From contig NZ_JAQNDL010000005.1 of assembly GCF_028368995.1 (NCBI RefSeq), positions 480,001 to 544,000 of the forward strand: a stretch of DNA of 64,000 nucleotides, given 5' to 3'. Below, piece by piece: positions 8,867 through 18,600 of the stretch. The position numbers and the translations under genes are program-made. Under the pieces are notes generated by a model, which was given only the letters and a program-made list of their open reading frames with translations, was not told the origin of the DNA and did no database searches. The DNA comes from Nannocystis bainbridge. Its GTDB lineage: Bacteria > Myxococcota_A > Polyangia > Nannocystales > Nannocystaceae. The stretch's first letter is position 1; each line of letters starts with the position of its first letter.

Positions 8867-9838
8867 ATGAGGCTCTTCAACTACACGCCGTACCCGGCCC
8901 ACCTGCACCGCGGCTGCATCGAGGAGCGGCGCATGCTCGCCTGCGCCATGCTGCGCGTCACCTACGACGTCGTCGACGGCCGCCTGCGCCCCGCGGCCGA
9001 GCAGACCTGGCCGGTCTCGCCTGGCCCATGGGACAGCCCGTATGGTCCGCTGCCGGGCGACCAGCGGTACGTCCGCGGCGGCGTCGACGTCATGGTCTTC
9101 GGGTCCGCCCGCGCCGCCGGCGGCCGACCGGTGCCGAGCATCGACGTCGCCGTCGAGGTCGGCCCGCAGTGGCGCGCCCGGCTGGTCGCCTATGGGCCGC
9201 GCGTGTGGCAGCCCGGCCGCGCCGGCCTCGTCCCCGGCGCCCCCGAGCCGGTGCGCGAGGTCCCGCTGACGCTCGCGCGCGCGTATGGCGGCAAGGACAG
9301 GTGGGACGGCCTCGAAGTCCCGTACGTCGACAACCCCGACGGCAAGGGCTTCTACCTCGAGGAGTCGCGCGCCCGCGGCGGCCCGCTGCCCGAGCTCGAG
9401 GACCCCGACTCCCCGATCCGCGCGTGGGACGACCGCCCCGAGCCGGTCGGCGCCGGCGCGTGCCCGCAGCACTTCGGCCCGCGGGTGCGTCGCGGCGTCG
9501 AGCTCGACGACGAGGGCCGGCAGATCCGCCGGCTCCGGCCCGAATTCTTCAACGACGCCTTCCCCAGGATGATCGCGCCGCGCGCCGTGCCCGGCGACCG
9601 CGTCGTGATCACCGGCGTGCGCGAGGACGGCCCGCTCGCGTTCGTGCTCCCCGCCAACGACCTCCGCGTGCGCGTCGAGGTCGGCGACGACATCGGCGAG
9701 CGCACCCCCGCGATCGACCAGATCGGCGTCGAGGCCGACGCCCGCCGCGTCTTCGTCACCTACCGCTATTCCTTCGCCTACCGGCTGACGCCCCACCAGC
9801 GGCGCAGCTGCATGCTCGGGCTGGTCGAACCCGAGTGA
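8867..9838 (+). CDS. DUF2169 family protein (second copy)
   Basis: ATG at 8867 (MRLFNYTPYPA). Motifs 'DVMVFGSA', 'AYGPRVW', 'VPLTLARAYGG', 'NPDGKGF', 'LPELEDP', 'FFNDA'. Confidence 0.85.
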   Translation: MRLFNYTPYPAHLHRGCIEERRMLACAMLRVTYDVVDGRLRPAAEQTWPVSPGPWDSPYGPLPGDQRYVRGGVDVMVFGSARAAGGRPVPSIDVAVEVGPQWRARLVAYGPRVWQPGRAGLVPGAPEPVREVPLTLARAYGGKDRWDGLEVPYVDNPDGKGFYLEESRARGGPLPELEDPDSPIRAWDDRPEPVGAGACPQHFGPRVRRGVELDDEGRQIRRLRPEFFNDAFPRMIAPRAVPGDRVVITGVREDGPLAFVLPANDLRVRVEVGDDIGERTPAIDQIGVEADARRVFVTYRYSFAYRLTPHQRRSCMLGLVEPE

Positions 9839-9848
9839 GGAGCGCGCC

Positions 9849-10910
9849 GTGTTCGCTGTGATGAAGCACTTCGACGTGATGCTCGGCATCGACCTGCACA
9901 TCTGCTGGCCGCCGCCCGCGCCCAAGCCGATCGGCCCCAAGCCGTACCTCACGATCATGCTGCTGCACGGCCTCCAGCCGCTGACGCCGATGATGGCGCC
10001 CTCGTGCCTGACCCTGGCCGGCATGACGATGCAGCGCGGCACCGACATCGGCCCGGGGATCCCGCACATCGGCCCGGCGAGCAAGCTGACCCCGATCGAC
10101 GTGCTGTTCAGCTCGTCGATCTCGTACTTCGGCCCGTCGACGTACGCCGCCGAGGCGATGCCGGTCGCGGCCGCGCTGGCGATGGGGATCAACATCAACG
10201 CCAACTGCTGGCACGTCGGCCCGATCCCCTCCGGGATCGTGATCTGCCCGACGACCCACTTCACAGGCATGACGCCCTTGGACATCCTGTTCGGCGTCGT
10301 CAGCTACGGCGTCGACTTCGCCTTCGAGGCCGCGACCGACAAGCTCGCCGATGTCCTCGGCCCCGCGCTCAGAAAACACGTCATCGGTCCGATCAGCGAC
10401 AAGCTGACGGCCAAGCTGGCCTCGAAGTCCGCCGCCGACGTCGCCGGCGGCGCGTCGGCGAAGACCGCGAGCGAGGCCGCCGGCAAGGCCTCCCCGCAGC
10501 TCGGCGCCCAGCGCCGCACCGGCCCCGCGGCGGGCCCGGCCACAGGCCCACGGCCCCCCGGCAAGACGCCCATGGCACGCCCCGCCGGCGCCCCGACGCT
10601 CGCCGCGCACCGCTCCCCGCCGGCGCGCCCGCGGACGCCTGCGGGGCCGAGCAGGCCGCCTCCGCACGTCTGGAAGCCCGGCAAGCCGAACCCGCAGCAG
10701 CGCCCGACGGGCCGCCCGACGCTCGGCGACCACCGCGTCCCCGACAAGGGCCCGAGCCTGTGGGAGATCTACCGCGACGTCGGCTACGACGCCCTGATCG
10801 AGCTGCTGCTCGAGGTGCCGATGGCGATCCCGCAGCAGTTCGTGGCGGACCTCTTGCCCTTGAGCGGCATCGAGGAGTTCGGCGCCCCGCGCGACGAGCA
10901 GGACGGCTGA
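9849..10910 (+). CDS. Stand-alone PAAR-like spike-tip protein with a Pro-rich tail
   Basis: GTG after a GAGGAG RBS. N-terminus 'KHFDVMLGIDLHICWPPPAPKPIGPKPY...RGTDIGPGIPH' resembles the 'AKHFDPV.GIDIH' PAAR-like N-termini of Rhs proteins. No Rhs core follows. Flanked by two DUF2169 genes. Confidence 0.6.
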   Translation: MFAVMKHFDVMLGIDLHICWPPPAPKPIGPKPYLTIMLLHGLQPLTPMMAPSCLTLAGMTMQRGTDIGPGIPHIGPASKLTPIDVLFSSSISYFGPSTYAAEAMPVAAALAMGININANCWHVGPIPSGIVICPTTHFTGMTPLDILFGVVSYGVDFAFEAATDKLADVLGPALRKHVIGPISDKLTAKLASKSAADVAGGASAKTASEAAGKASPQLGAQRRTGPAAGPATGPRPPGKTPMARPAGAPTLAAHRSPPARPRTPAGPSRPPPHVWKPGKPNPQQRPTGRPTLGDHRVPDKGPSLWEIYRDVGYDALIELLLEVPMAIPQQFVADLLPLSGIEEFGAPRDEQDG

Positions 10911-10913
10911 CCG

Positions 10914-12080
10914 ATGGGACATGTGCTTTCCGCCCCCTGCGACACCGCCGTCCAGCTGTCGGCGCCGCGCCCTGACGGCGAGTGGACGCTGACGCTCCTC
11001 GCCCGGCGCACCTACGAGGTCGACGGCGCCGGCCGTCTCGCGCCCGCGCCCGCGCAGCCCGGCCTGCGACCGACGCCCGAGTGGGACCCCGCCGACCCCG
11101 AGCGGCTGGTCGCCGACATGGACCTCTTCACCCACAAGCTGCGCACCGACCTCGTCGTACGCGGCCACGTCCACGGCGATGGCAAGGCCACGCGGCTGAC
11201 CGCCGAGGTGACGGTCGCCGGCCGCTCGCACCGCCTCTCGGTGTTCGGCGAGCGCCGCTGCACCCTCGACCGCACCGGGCGGATCGTCGTCTCCGAGCCG
11301 ACGCCGATCGAGCGCGTCCCGCTGCGTTACACCCACGCCTACGGCGGGCGCGACGCCACCTACGAGGCGACCCACGGCAACCCGCTGCGCCACGACCCGC
11401 GCTGGGCCGGCATGACCGCGCCGCAGATCGACGCCGCCTCGCCGTACCTGTACCCGCGCAACCCGTGCGGCCGCGGCTACCTGATCGAGGCCACGCGCGA
11501 CGCCGTCGACCGGCTCGCGCTGCCGCAGCTCGAGGATCCCACCGACCTGTTGAGCCCGACTCGCCTCACCGTCGGCGACTTCAAGGCGTGGTACCGCATG
11601 CCGCTGCCCCAGGGCACCGACTGGATCGACTACGGCTGGTACCCGCGCTGCGCCTTCTTCGGCGTGGTCCCGATCTGCAAGCGCTTCACGTCGCCGCCGG
11701 CCGAGGTCGTCCGCCAGCTCGTCCCGCCCGAGCTCGCCCCCGGCGACGGCAAGACGCTGGCGAACTTCCCCTTCGAGGCCGCGAGCGGCGCCTCGCTCCC
11801 CTTGCAGCTGCCGCACCTGCGCGGCGGCGAGCCGGTGGCGCTCGTGCACATCCACCCGCAGCGGCCGCGCTGGGAGCTCACGGTCCCGTTCGCACCCGCG
11901 CTCGCGGTCGACGCTCGTGACGGCACGGTCAGCCCGGTCGAGCCGGTCCTGCACACCCTGGTCCTCGAGCCCGACGTCGGCCGACTGACCGTCATATGGC
12001 GCGGCTCGGCCCCGGCGCTGCGCCGCTACCTGCCGCAAGAGCTGGCCACGATGCCGATGCGCGTCGCCTGGCGCGACTGA
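10914..12080 (+). CDS. DUF2169 family protein (third copy)
   Basis: 'ARRTY', 'HKLRTDLVVRGH', 'VFGERR', 'VPLRYTHAYGG', 'YPRNPCGRGY', 'LPQLEDP', 'LHTLVLEPD..LTVIWRG'. Confidence 0.88.
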   Translation: MGHVLSAPCDTAVQLSAPRPDGEWTLTLLARRTYEVDGAGRLAPAPAQPGLRPTPEWDPADPERLVADMDLFTHKLRTDLVVRGHVHGDGKATRLTAEVTVAGRSHRLSVFGERRCTLDRTGRIVVSEPTPIERVPLRYTHAYGGRDATYEATHGNPLRHDPRWAGMTAPQIDAASPYLYPRNPCGRGYLIEATRDAVDRLALPQLEDPTDLLSPTRLTVGDFKAWYRMPLPQGTDWIDYGWYPRCAFFGVVPICKRFTSPPAEVVRQLVPPELAPGDGKTLANFPFEAASGASLPLQLPHLRGGEPVALVHIHPQRPRWELTVPFAPALAVDARDGTVSPVEPVLHTLVLEPDVGRLTVIWRGSAPALRRYLPQELATMPMRVAWRD

Positions 12081-12145
12081 CCGCCAGCGCGACGCGGGAG
12101 CCCGACGATGCGTCGTGGTCGCGACGGCGATATCGACTGCGATGA

Positions 12146-12604
12146 TTACTGTGCAGCGAGCTCGGCCTGACGCGCCAGGTCCGGGATCGCCTCGAGGTGG
12201 GTCACGCGGTGGCGGCGGTCGAGGAACCACAGGTAATGCGAATAGAAGAGCCCCTGGTAATGCGGCGAGTGCAGGTGGCGGCTGGTGTCGGCGTTGCGGT
12301 GGTGGCGGCGGTGCGTCTCGGCCCACCAGATCACCCCGCCTGCAGGGTCGTGCTGCCGAGCAGCGCCAGCAGGAACTGGAACGGCCGCGACGTCTTGAAC
12401 GCGCGGTGGGCGAAGTAGCGGTGGAACTGACCGTCAGCGCGAACATCCGCGCCGCGAAGCAGGCGGCGAACAGCGCGAACGCCGGCCACGACAGCCCGGT
12501 GACGACCACCCCGAGGCACAGCGCGTGGACCAGCAGGTAGAAGCCCGCCGCCGACCACGAGAGCTGCGCCAGCGCAGCGAACCCTTGCCCCGGTCGTCTC
12601 GCAT
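12146..12604 (-). pseudogene. Acyl-CoA (delta-9) fatty acid desaturase pseudogene (about 3 frameshifts, C-terminal half missing)
   Basis: Joining minus-strand frames gives 'LLVHALCLGVVVTGLSW..RMFALTVS / FHRYFAHRAFKTSRPFQFLLALLG / VIWWAETHRRHHRNADT..HSPHYQGLFYSHYLWF'. His boxes 1 and 2 are present; box 3 is absent. ATG at 12604 has a GAGG upstream. Confidence 0.85.
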
Positions 12605-12691
12605 CACCTCAGCTCCCGGCCGCCTCGAGCGGCCCCGCGTCGCCCGGGCGCACCGCCGGCAGCGGCGCCCCCGGCCGCCACTTGCGGTCGT

Positions 12692-12987
12692 GGCGTTCGC
12701 CAGCCCCCGCAAGGTGCTCGCGGGCGCCGCTCGCTGGACAGCGCCGAGCTTCTCGGCCCGCGACTTGTTCCGGCTCGAGCTCACCCTGAGCAACAAGGGG
12801 ACCCAGCAAATCTCGCTGCAGGACCCGATGGGGCTCAATGCCCGCGACTCGCTGCTGACCCTGCTCATCTCGCAGGTCCCGACTCGGGAGGTCCCGTCGC
12901 CGGCACCGAACCGCGTCACCATCACGCCCCCGATGCTCTCCCGCCCCGACCAGGCCCAGCCCCACGCCAAAAAGCCGCCAGGCTCGC
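12692..12987 (+). repeat. 296-bp near-identical direct copy of 3693-3988 (internal part of the putative immunity gene)
   Basis: Sequences align at a constant offset of 8999 bp with few substitutions. Both translate to 'KVLAGAARWTAPSFSARDLF.LELTLSNKGTQQISLQDPMGL...HAKKPPGS'. Confidence 0.95.
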
Positions 12988-13611
12988 TCAGCGCGCGGGC
13001 AGCGAGGCCACGAGCTCCTGTGTCGTGACGATCGCGTGGGCGTACGTCGGCCCGTTGATCTCGTGGGCCGCGCGCATCGCCTCCTCGGACATCGCCGCGG
13101 TCGCGTCCTTGACGAGGGTCACGTGGTAGCCGAGCTCGACCGCGAACCGGCTCGTGCATTCGATGCACGTGTTGGCGATGAGGCCGACCGCGATCACCCG
13201 CGCGATGCCGTGCTGCTTCAGCAGCATGTCGAGGTCGGTGTTGGCGAACCCGCTCGAGCCCCAGTGCTCCTTGACGACGATGTCGCCCGGCTGCGGCGCG
13301 AAGTCGGGGTGCCACTCGCCGCCCCAGCTGCCCCTGGCGAACACCTGCGTGCGGGCGGCGTTCTGCTGGTACGGGTTCGCGCGCTGCCAGCTCTCGAGGT
13401 CGCCCGGCTCCCAGCGGCGGTGCGGGACGATGAAAACGCGGATCTTCGCGGCACGGACCGCCGCGACCACCGCCCGCAAATTGTCGAGCAGGCCGACCTT
13501 CTCGGCCACGTCGCGGAGACGCGGCCAGACCTTCCCGCCCTCCGAGAGGAAGTCGTTGTACGGATCGACGAACAGGAGCGCGGTTCTTTCGGCGGGGTAC
13601 GAGTCGGTCAT
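12988..13611 (-). CDS. Isochorismatase family cysteine hydrolase
   Basis: 'TALLFVDPYNDF', 'VVKEHWGSSGFANTDLD..LKQHGI', 'GLIANTCIECTSRFAVELGY'. Confidence 0.93.
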   Translation of the reverse strand: MTDSYPAERTALLFVDPYNDFLSEGGKVWPRLRDVAEKVGLLDNLRAVVAAVRAAKIRVFIVPHRRWEPGDLESWQRANPYQQNAARTQVFARGSWGGEWHPDFAPQPGDIVVKEHWGSSGFANTDLDMLLKQHGIARVIAVGLIANTCIECTSRFAVELGYHVTLVKDATAAMSEEAMRAAHEINGPTYAHAIVTTQELVASLPAR

Positions 13612-13859
13612 GTTATTTCTCTTTCGTGCGGGACACTGTCGGCGCGACGGTCCCGGCCGCGCAGCTCCTCAGGTATGGCGCAGCTCCGCAGCGAAGAAAA
13701 CCCGACCAACGTCGGGGCCGGGCGATTTCCACATGTTCACTGCGGCTTGAAAGCGACGTTGCCGCTGTACGCGTCGACAGGTCCGCCGACAGCAGGCGCC
13801 TCGATCTCGATGTCACGTTCAGCCTGGCTCGCTGTCCTTCAGGACAAGTTCCGAACGCC

Positions 13860-14125
13860 ATGTTCTTCGCATCATGTGTTTCCTCGATCCCGCGCGCACC
13901 GAGCACCTCCGCGGTGACCTCGGTCGCGTCACCCCGGAGCCTGCCGACGCCGTCGCTTGCGGGAAGACCCTGATGCGTCACTCTCCGCCGCCGGCCTTCG
14001 CGGTACCGCCGCTGCCGCTCCGCGTGCCGCCTCGCGCCCACGGCGGATTGTTGGTAGCGGCGTCCCGCGAGCCGAAGCGACGCCCTCCGCTGCTCCCGTG
14101 CGCACTCCGGCCCGCAGTACAGCGG
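13860..14125 (-). mobile_element. Truncated relic of the conserved small ORF that precedes istA in some IS21-family elements
   Basis: Minus strand reads '[52 protein letters not shown]', which matches my recollection of this IS21-associated ORF. The 5' part is missing and no istA/istB is present. Confidence 0.5.
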
Positions 14126-14129
14126 GCCG

Positions 14130-15215
14130 AGGCCCAGCTGGCCCGACGCCCTGCCCGACGTCGGTTGGTCCCTCGGCCCTCCGCCGGAGTACCTGCGCGG
14201 GCTGGCGACCTACTGGCGCACCACCTACGACTGGCGCCGGCACGAGGCGCGGCTCAACGCGCACCCGCAGTACACCACCACCATCGACGGCCAGACGATC
14301 CACTTCCTGCACGTGCGCTCGCCCGAGCCGGACGCGCTGCCGCTGATCGTCACCCACGGCTGGCCGAGCAACGTCGTCGAGTACCTCGAAGTCATCGGCC
14401 CGCTCACTGACCCTCGCGCCCATGGCGGCGATCCAGGGGACGCGTTCCACCTCGTCATCCCCTCGCTGCCGGGCTATGGCCTGTCCGGCCCGACGCACGA
14501 GCCCGGGTGGGGCGCCGTCCGGATCGCTCGCGCCTGGTCCGAGCTGATGCGACGCCTCGGCTACGCGCGCTACGGCGCCCAGGGCGGCGACTGGGGCACG
14601 TGGATCTCCCGCGAGCTCGGCCTCCTCGACCCCGCCGTCGTCGGCCTGCACGCCAACGGCTTCATCACCTGGCCGTCGGGTGACCCGGCCGAGCTCGAGG
14701 GCCTCTCGCCCGCCGAGCAGCGGCGGCTCGCCGGCGCCGACTACTACCTGCGCGAGCTCTACGGCTACAAGAAGATCCAGTCGACTCGCCCACAGTCGCT
14801 CGCGTACGCGCTCGCGGACTCGCCGGTCGGCCTGCTCGTCTGGATCGTCGGCGTGCTCAAGGAGTGGACCGACTGCCGCGACTCACCCGAGGACGCGATC
14901 GACCGCGACGCGATCCTGACCAACGTCACGCTGTACTGGCTGACCAACACCGCGGGCTCCGCGGCGCGCTCGTTCCTCGAGACCCCCGACACCCCCGACG
15001 ACGCCGACCTCTCGGCCGTGCAGCGGGCGACGCTGCCAATCGGCGTCGCCGTGTTCCCGCGCGACATCATCGCTCCGATCCGCCGCTTCGCCGAGCGCGA
15101 CAACCACGTCGTGCACTGGACCGAGTTCGAGCGCGGCGGCACCTTCGCCGCGCTCGAGCAGCCCGACCTTTACGTCGCCGACGTGCGCGCGTTCTTCCGC
15201 CGCGTGCGCGCCTGA
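14130..15215 (+). pseudogene. Epoxide hydrolase (EHN + alpha/beta hydrolase), 5'-truncated
   Basis: In frame from about 14139: '[64 protein letters not shown]'. The first ~25 aa and the start codon are missing; an in-frame TAG sits at 14055. Confidence 0.8.
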
Positions 15216-15255
15216 TCGAAAACACGTCCACGAACCCGCCCACCGACGCCTGGCT
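15215..15255 (+). repeat. 41-bp direct repeat, copy 1 (copy 2 at 19514-19554)
   Basis: atcgaaaacacgtccacgaacccgcccaccgacgcctggct vs atcgaaaacgcgtctacgaacccgcccaccgacccctggct: 38/41 identical. Confidence 0.9.
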
Positions 15256-15603
15256 GATGTCTCGGGGGGTCCCTCGTCGCCGGGTGGTTACGCCGCGACG
15301 CCCGGACCCACGGGATCGAGGCGTGGCCTTTGCGAGTGCACAAATAGAAGCTGCAGCGAGATCGATGTACCCGATGTCGACGTGCCAGTGTCGGCGCAGG
15401 CGGTCGGGCTGCCGGGAACTGACCGCTTTTGAGAGGCTCGTAGGTCTGCGATGCTGGGGCTTCACTGGATGTTGCGGCCCGCGTTCTTGCTCCCTCCGCA
15501 GAGGCTCTTGACGCCCGCTCGGGCCGCGGCGATTTCTCGCCGCGCCTGGGGCCTGCGACCGGCCGCGACGGCGCCATCGCCCGCGTCCCCGCGCGGCAGC
15601 GCT

Positions 15604-18600
15604 TCAAACGGCGCGACGGCGCCGGCGCAACGCCAGGAGGGGCAGTGCCAGCCCCGCGAGCCAGCCGCCGCGGGGATCGGCGACGCAGCCGCAGCCGGTC
15701 TCCGCGCCCGCGCTCATGCCTCCGGAGTCGGACTCGTCGCTCGAAGTACCGGTCGGCTCGTCGGGGCCGGTGGTCGGGTCGGCGGGACCGCCCGTCGTGG
15801 GCTCGTCCGGATTGGGCATGCAGACGGCGGCATCGTCGACCCACCGCGGGAAGGGAGCGTCGACGATCCCCTCGAAGCGGAAGTTGTCGAGCGTCCACCC
15901 GGGGGCGCTGAGGACCGTATCGGTGGCGAGCCGGAAGCGAATGCGCATGGTCAGGCCGGCCAGCATCGTGCCGAAGTCGAGGACGACGGGGTTCATCTTC
16001 GGGTAATCCGGGCTGGTCTTGACGAAGGCGTAGCGCTTCACGAGCGGATTATCGCTGGCGACGATCGTGCCGTTGTATCCGATGTCGCCGACGACCTTGG
16101 TAGCGTCTTGCCAGGTCTCGCCGTCGTCGTCGGACAGCTCGATGACGCCGCCGTCCCATGCGTAGCCGCCGTAGGCGTCGAAGGCGTACGCGTGGTCGAA
16201 GGCCAGTGTGAAGTCCTGGTCTTCGGCGACGGTGAAGGCCGGCGAGACGAGGGCGGCGTCGGTCGGCGCGCCGCGGTCCCTGCCGTGCCAGACGTGGCTG
16301 TCGGGCCCGGACTCGCGTGCCCACACCAGCGAGCCGTCGTCGCCGGTGAGCGTCCAGGCAGCGGCTACCTCGACGTCGTCCTCGCTCGCGCCGGTGAGCG
16401 CTGCGTCGGCCTGCACCGTCGCATGCAAGAGCTGCTCGGCCGGCGACTCGCACCCGCCGGGCGTCGTCAGTCGCACGCGCAGCGCCACGGGCGTGGGCTC
16501 GGTCATGCCGGCGTCCAGCGCCACGGGGATCGCCCCCGTGCCGGCCTGCTGCGGCCCGAGCTCGGGCAGGGCGAACACGGGCCCGTCGGGGAACACCAGG
16601 CCCGGCGGCGGATCGACGATCTCGACCGTCGCGCCGGCGAGCGGGACGGTGCCGCCGTTGTAGACCTCGAACGCGAGGCGACCGATCTCGCCGTCGTCGA
16701 GGATGCCGTCCTCGTCGCACGAGAGGATGCTGTCGTCGAGGGTCGCGCCGAGCAGCACGCCGCGGCCGCGCAGCTCGTAGTCCTCGACCACGTGCTCGAG
16801 GGTCGTCGAGAACTTGGGCGGTGACTCGGCGCAGCTGCCCGCGCCGCGGTCGGCGAAGGCCGCGGCGACGGCGAGCATGTCGGCCTCGCTGGTGGCGGCG
16901 ATCGCCATGAGAATCGCGTCTCGCTGCTCGGTGAAGGTCGGCTCGAACGGCGCGAGCATCATGCCGGCGACGACGTAGTCCGACATCCTGCGTCGGACGG
17001 CCTCGAAGCCGAGGTCGTCGGCGTGGAGCTCCTGCAGCGCGACGTAGCTGTCCCACAGCATCTCCGCCCACACCTGCCCGGCGTTGTGCTGCTGACTGTT
17101 GGGGTAGCCGTTCGGGCTGAACAGCGGACCCTCGGGCAGGAGCACGTCGTCGCCGATGTGGCGGAACGTCAGCGGGTTGATGGCGAAGTCGGTCGAATAG
17201 ACGTACTGGCGCCCGTTGAAGAACTGGGTCGGGTCGATCGAGGCCCAGGGCGCGTAGTTGAGGGTCCCGTGGAGGTCGTCGCCCTCGCGGACGCTCATCA
17301 ACATCGCGTTGAAGTCGCCCCAACCCTCGCTCTCGGCCAGGCAGGTCCGGCTGCCGCACTCGACGAGGCGAACATGCAAGAAGTGGCCGAACTCGTGCGC
17401 GATCATCAGCGAATCGAGGCCGGCATCGCGGGTGGGGCCCTGCTCCGCGGCCATGTGCACGGTGAGCTCGGGGCCCGCGAGCGCAGCCTTGAGGGCGTCA
17501 CCGTCGGCGAGGGTGATGCCGACGGTCGGGATGGTGGGGTTCATGATCGAGGGATCTTCGATGGGCACCAGCGGCTCGGCGGCCGCGACGTCGTCGGCGA
17601 TCAGCACCCCGACCGCGCCGGCGGTCCGGGCGCGATGGACCTGGGTCTCGAAGGCGCACTCGCCCCGGTCGACGAGGACGATCTTGCCCTTCACGTCGTT
17701 GACCGGCGCCTCGCAGCCGTCGCTGGTGCTCGCGCCGACACCATCGTCGCAGAGGACCAGCGGCGCGGTGAGGTCGTAGGCCACGGGCCCGAACTCGGCG
17801 ACCTGCCCGTCGAGCGCCAGGCCCAGCGGCTCCACCGACAAATCGCCGAGCGTGCTGAGCCCCTCGAACAGGCGCAGCCGCAAGCGCGGCGACACGCCGT
17901 CGAGCGTGAACGACATGCTGGCGTTGTTGCGCAGGCCGCTCTGCCACCCGTTCAGGTTCTCGACCAGCATCGGATCGCCGTCCTCGCCGCCGCGCCCGTA
18001 GTTGTCGAGCTGCGCGTTGCCGGTCGCCTCGACCAGGCCCGAGTCGTACCACCAGTCGTGCTGCCAATTGGTGACGTAGAAGGCGTGCGTCAGCGCGGCC
18101 ATGAGCTGATCCTCGCTGGCCGTGGCCGCCTGCGTGAAGTCATAGGTGCGATCGAACACGCCTGGGTCCGTGACGGTGGCACGAAAGCGGTTCTCGACCG
18201 GGTCCGGGTCCAGGGAATCGGTGTAGGCGTCGACGTTGTTGCCGACGGTCTGGGTCGCGTTCGCGGGCAGCCACGGATCGGGGACGCCCTCGGGGTTGGT
18301 GTTGAGGCCCTCGACCATGACGAGCGCGGCGTCCGAGTAGCCGTCCGGGACGACGCCGGGGACACCGGTCGGGTGGGGGTTGAAATCGGCGAGCGGACCG
18401 TCGAGCGGCCGACGATCGCCGGGATCGGCGTACACTCGATACTGATGGGCGTGATGGGTGCCGTCGTGGCGCATCAACAGCCGGTCGTCGTCGGCGGCGA
18501 CGACGTATTGAAAGACATCGTCGCGGGCCCCGAGCCGGGTCTGCAGCTCGACGAGGTAGGCGGCGACGAGGACCTCGCCGAGCGGGAAATAGACCGGCCG

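Noticed and set aside
903-8870. Very long alternative ORFs (e.g. 903-3146 +, 1042-4344 -, 4857-8870 +, also 9756-12509 -, 21842-25021 +, 47245-50100 -)
   Set aside because: Arg/Pro/Gly-rich shadow frames of real genes, expected in high-GC DNA where stop codons are rare; no family motifs.
12525-13028. 167-aa ORF as a second functional immunity gene
   Set aside because: Only the internal third of the gene is copied; the N-terminus derives from the antisense strand of the desaturase relic and its upstream DNA.
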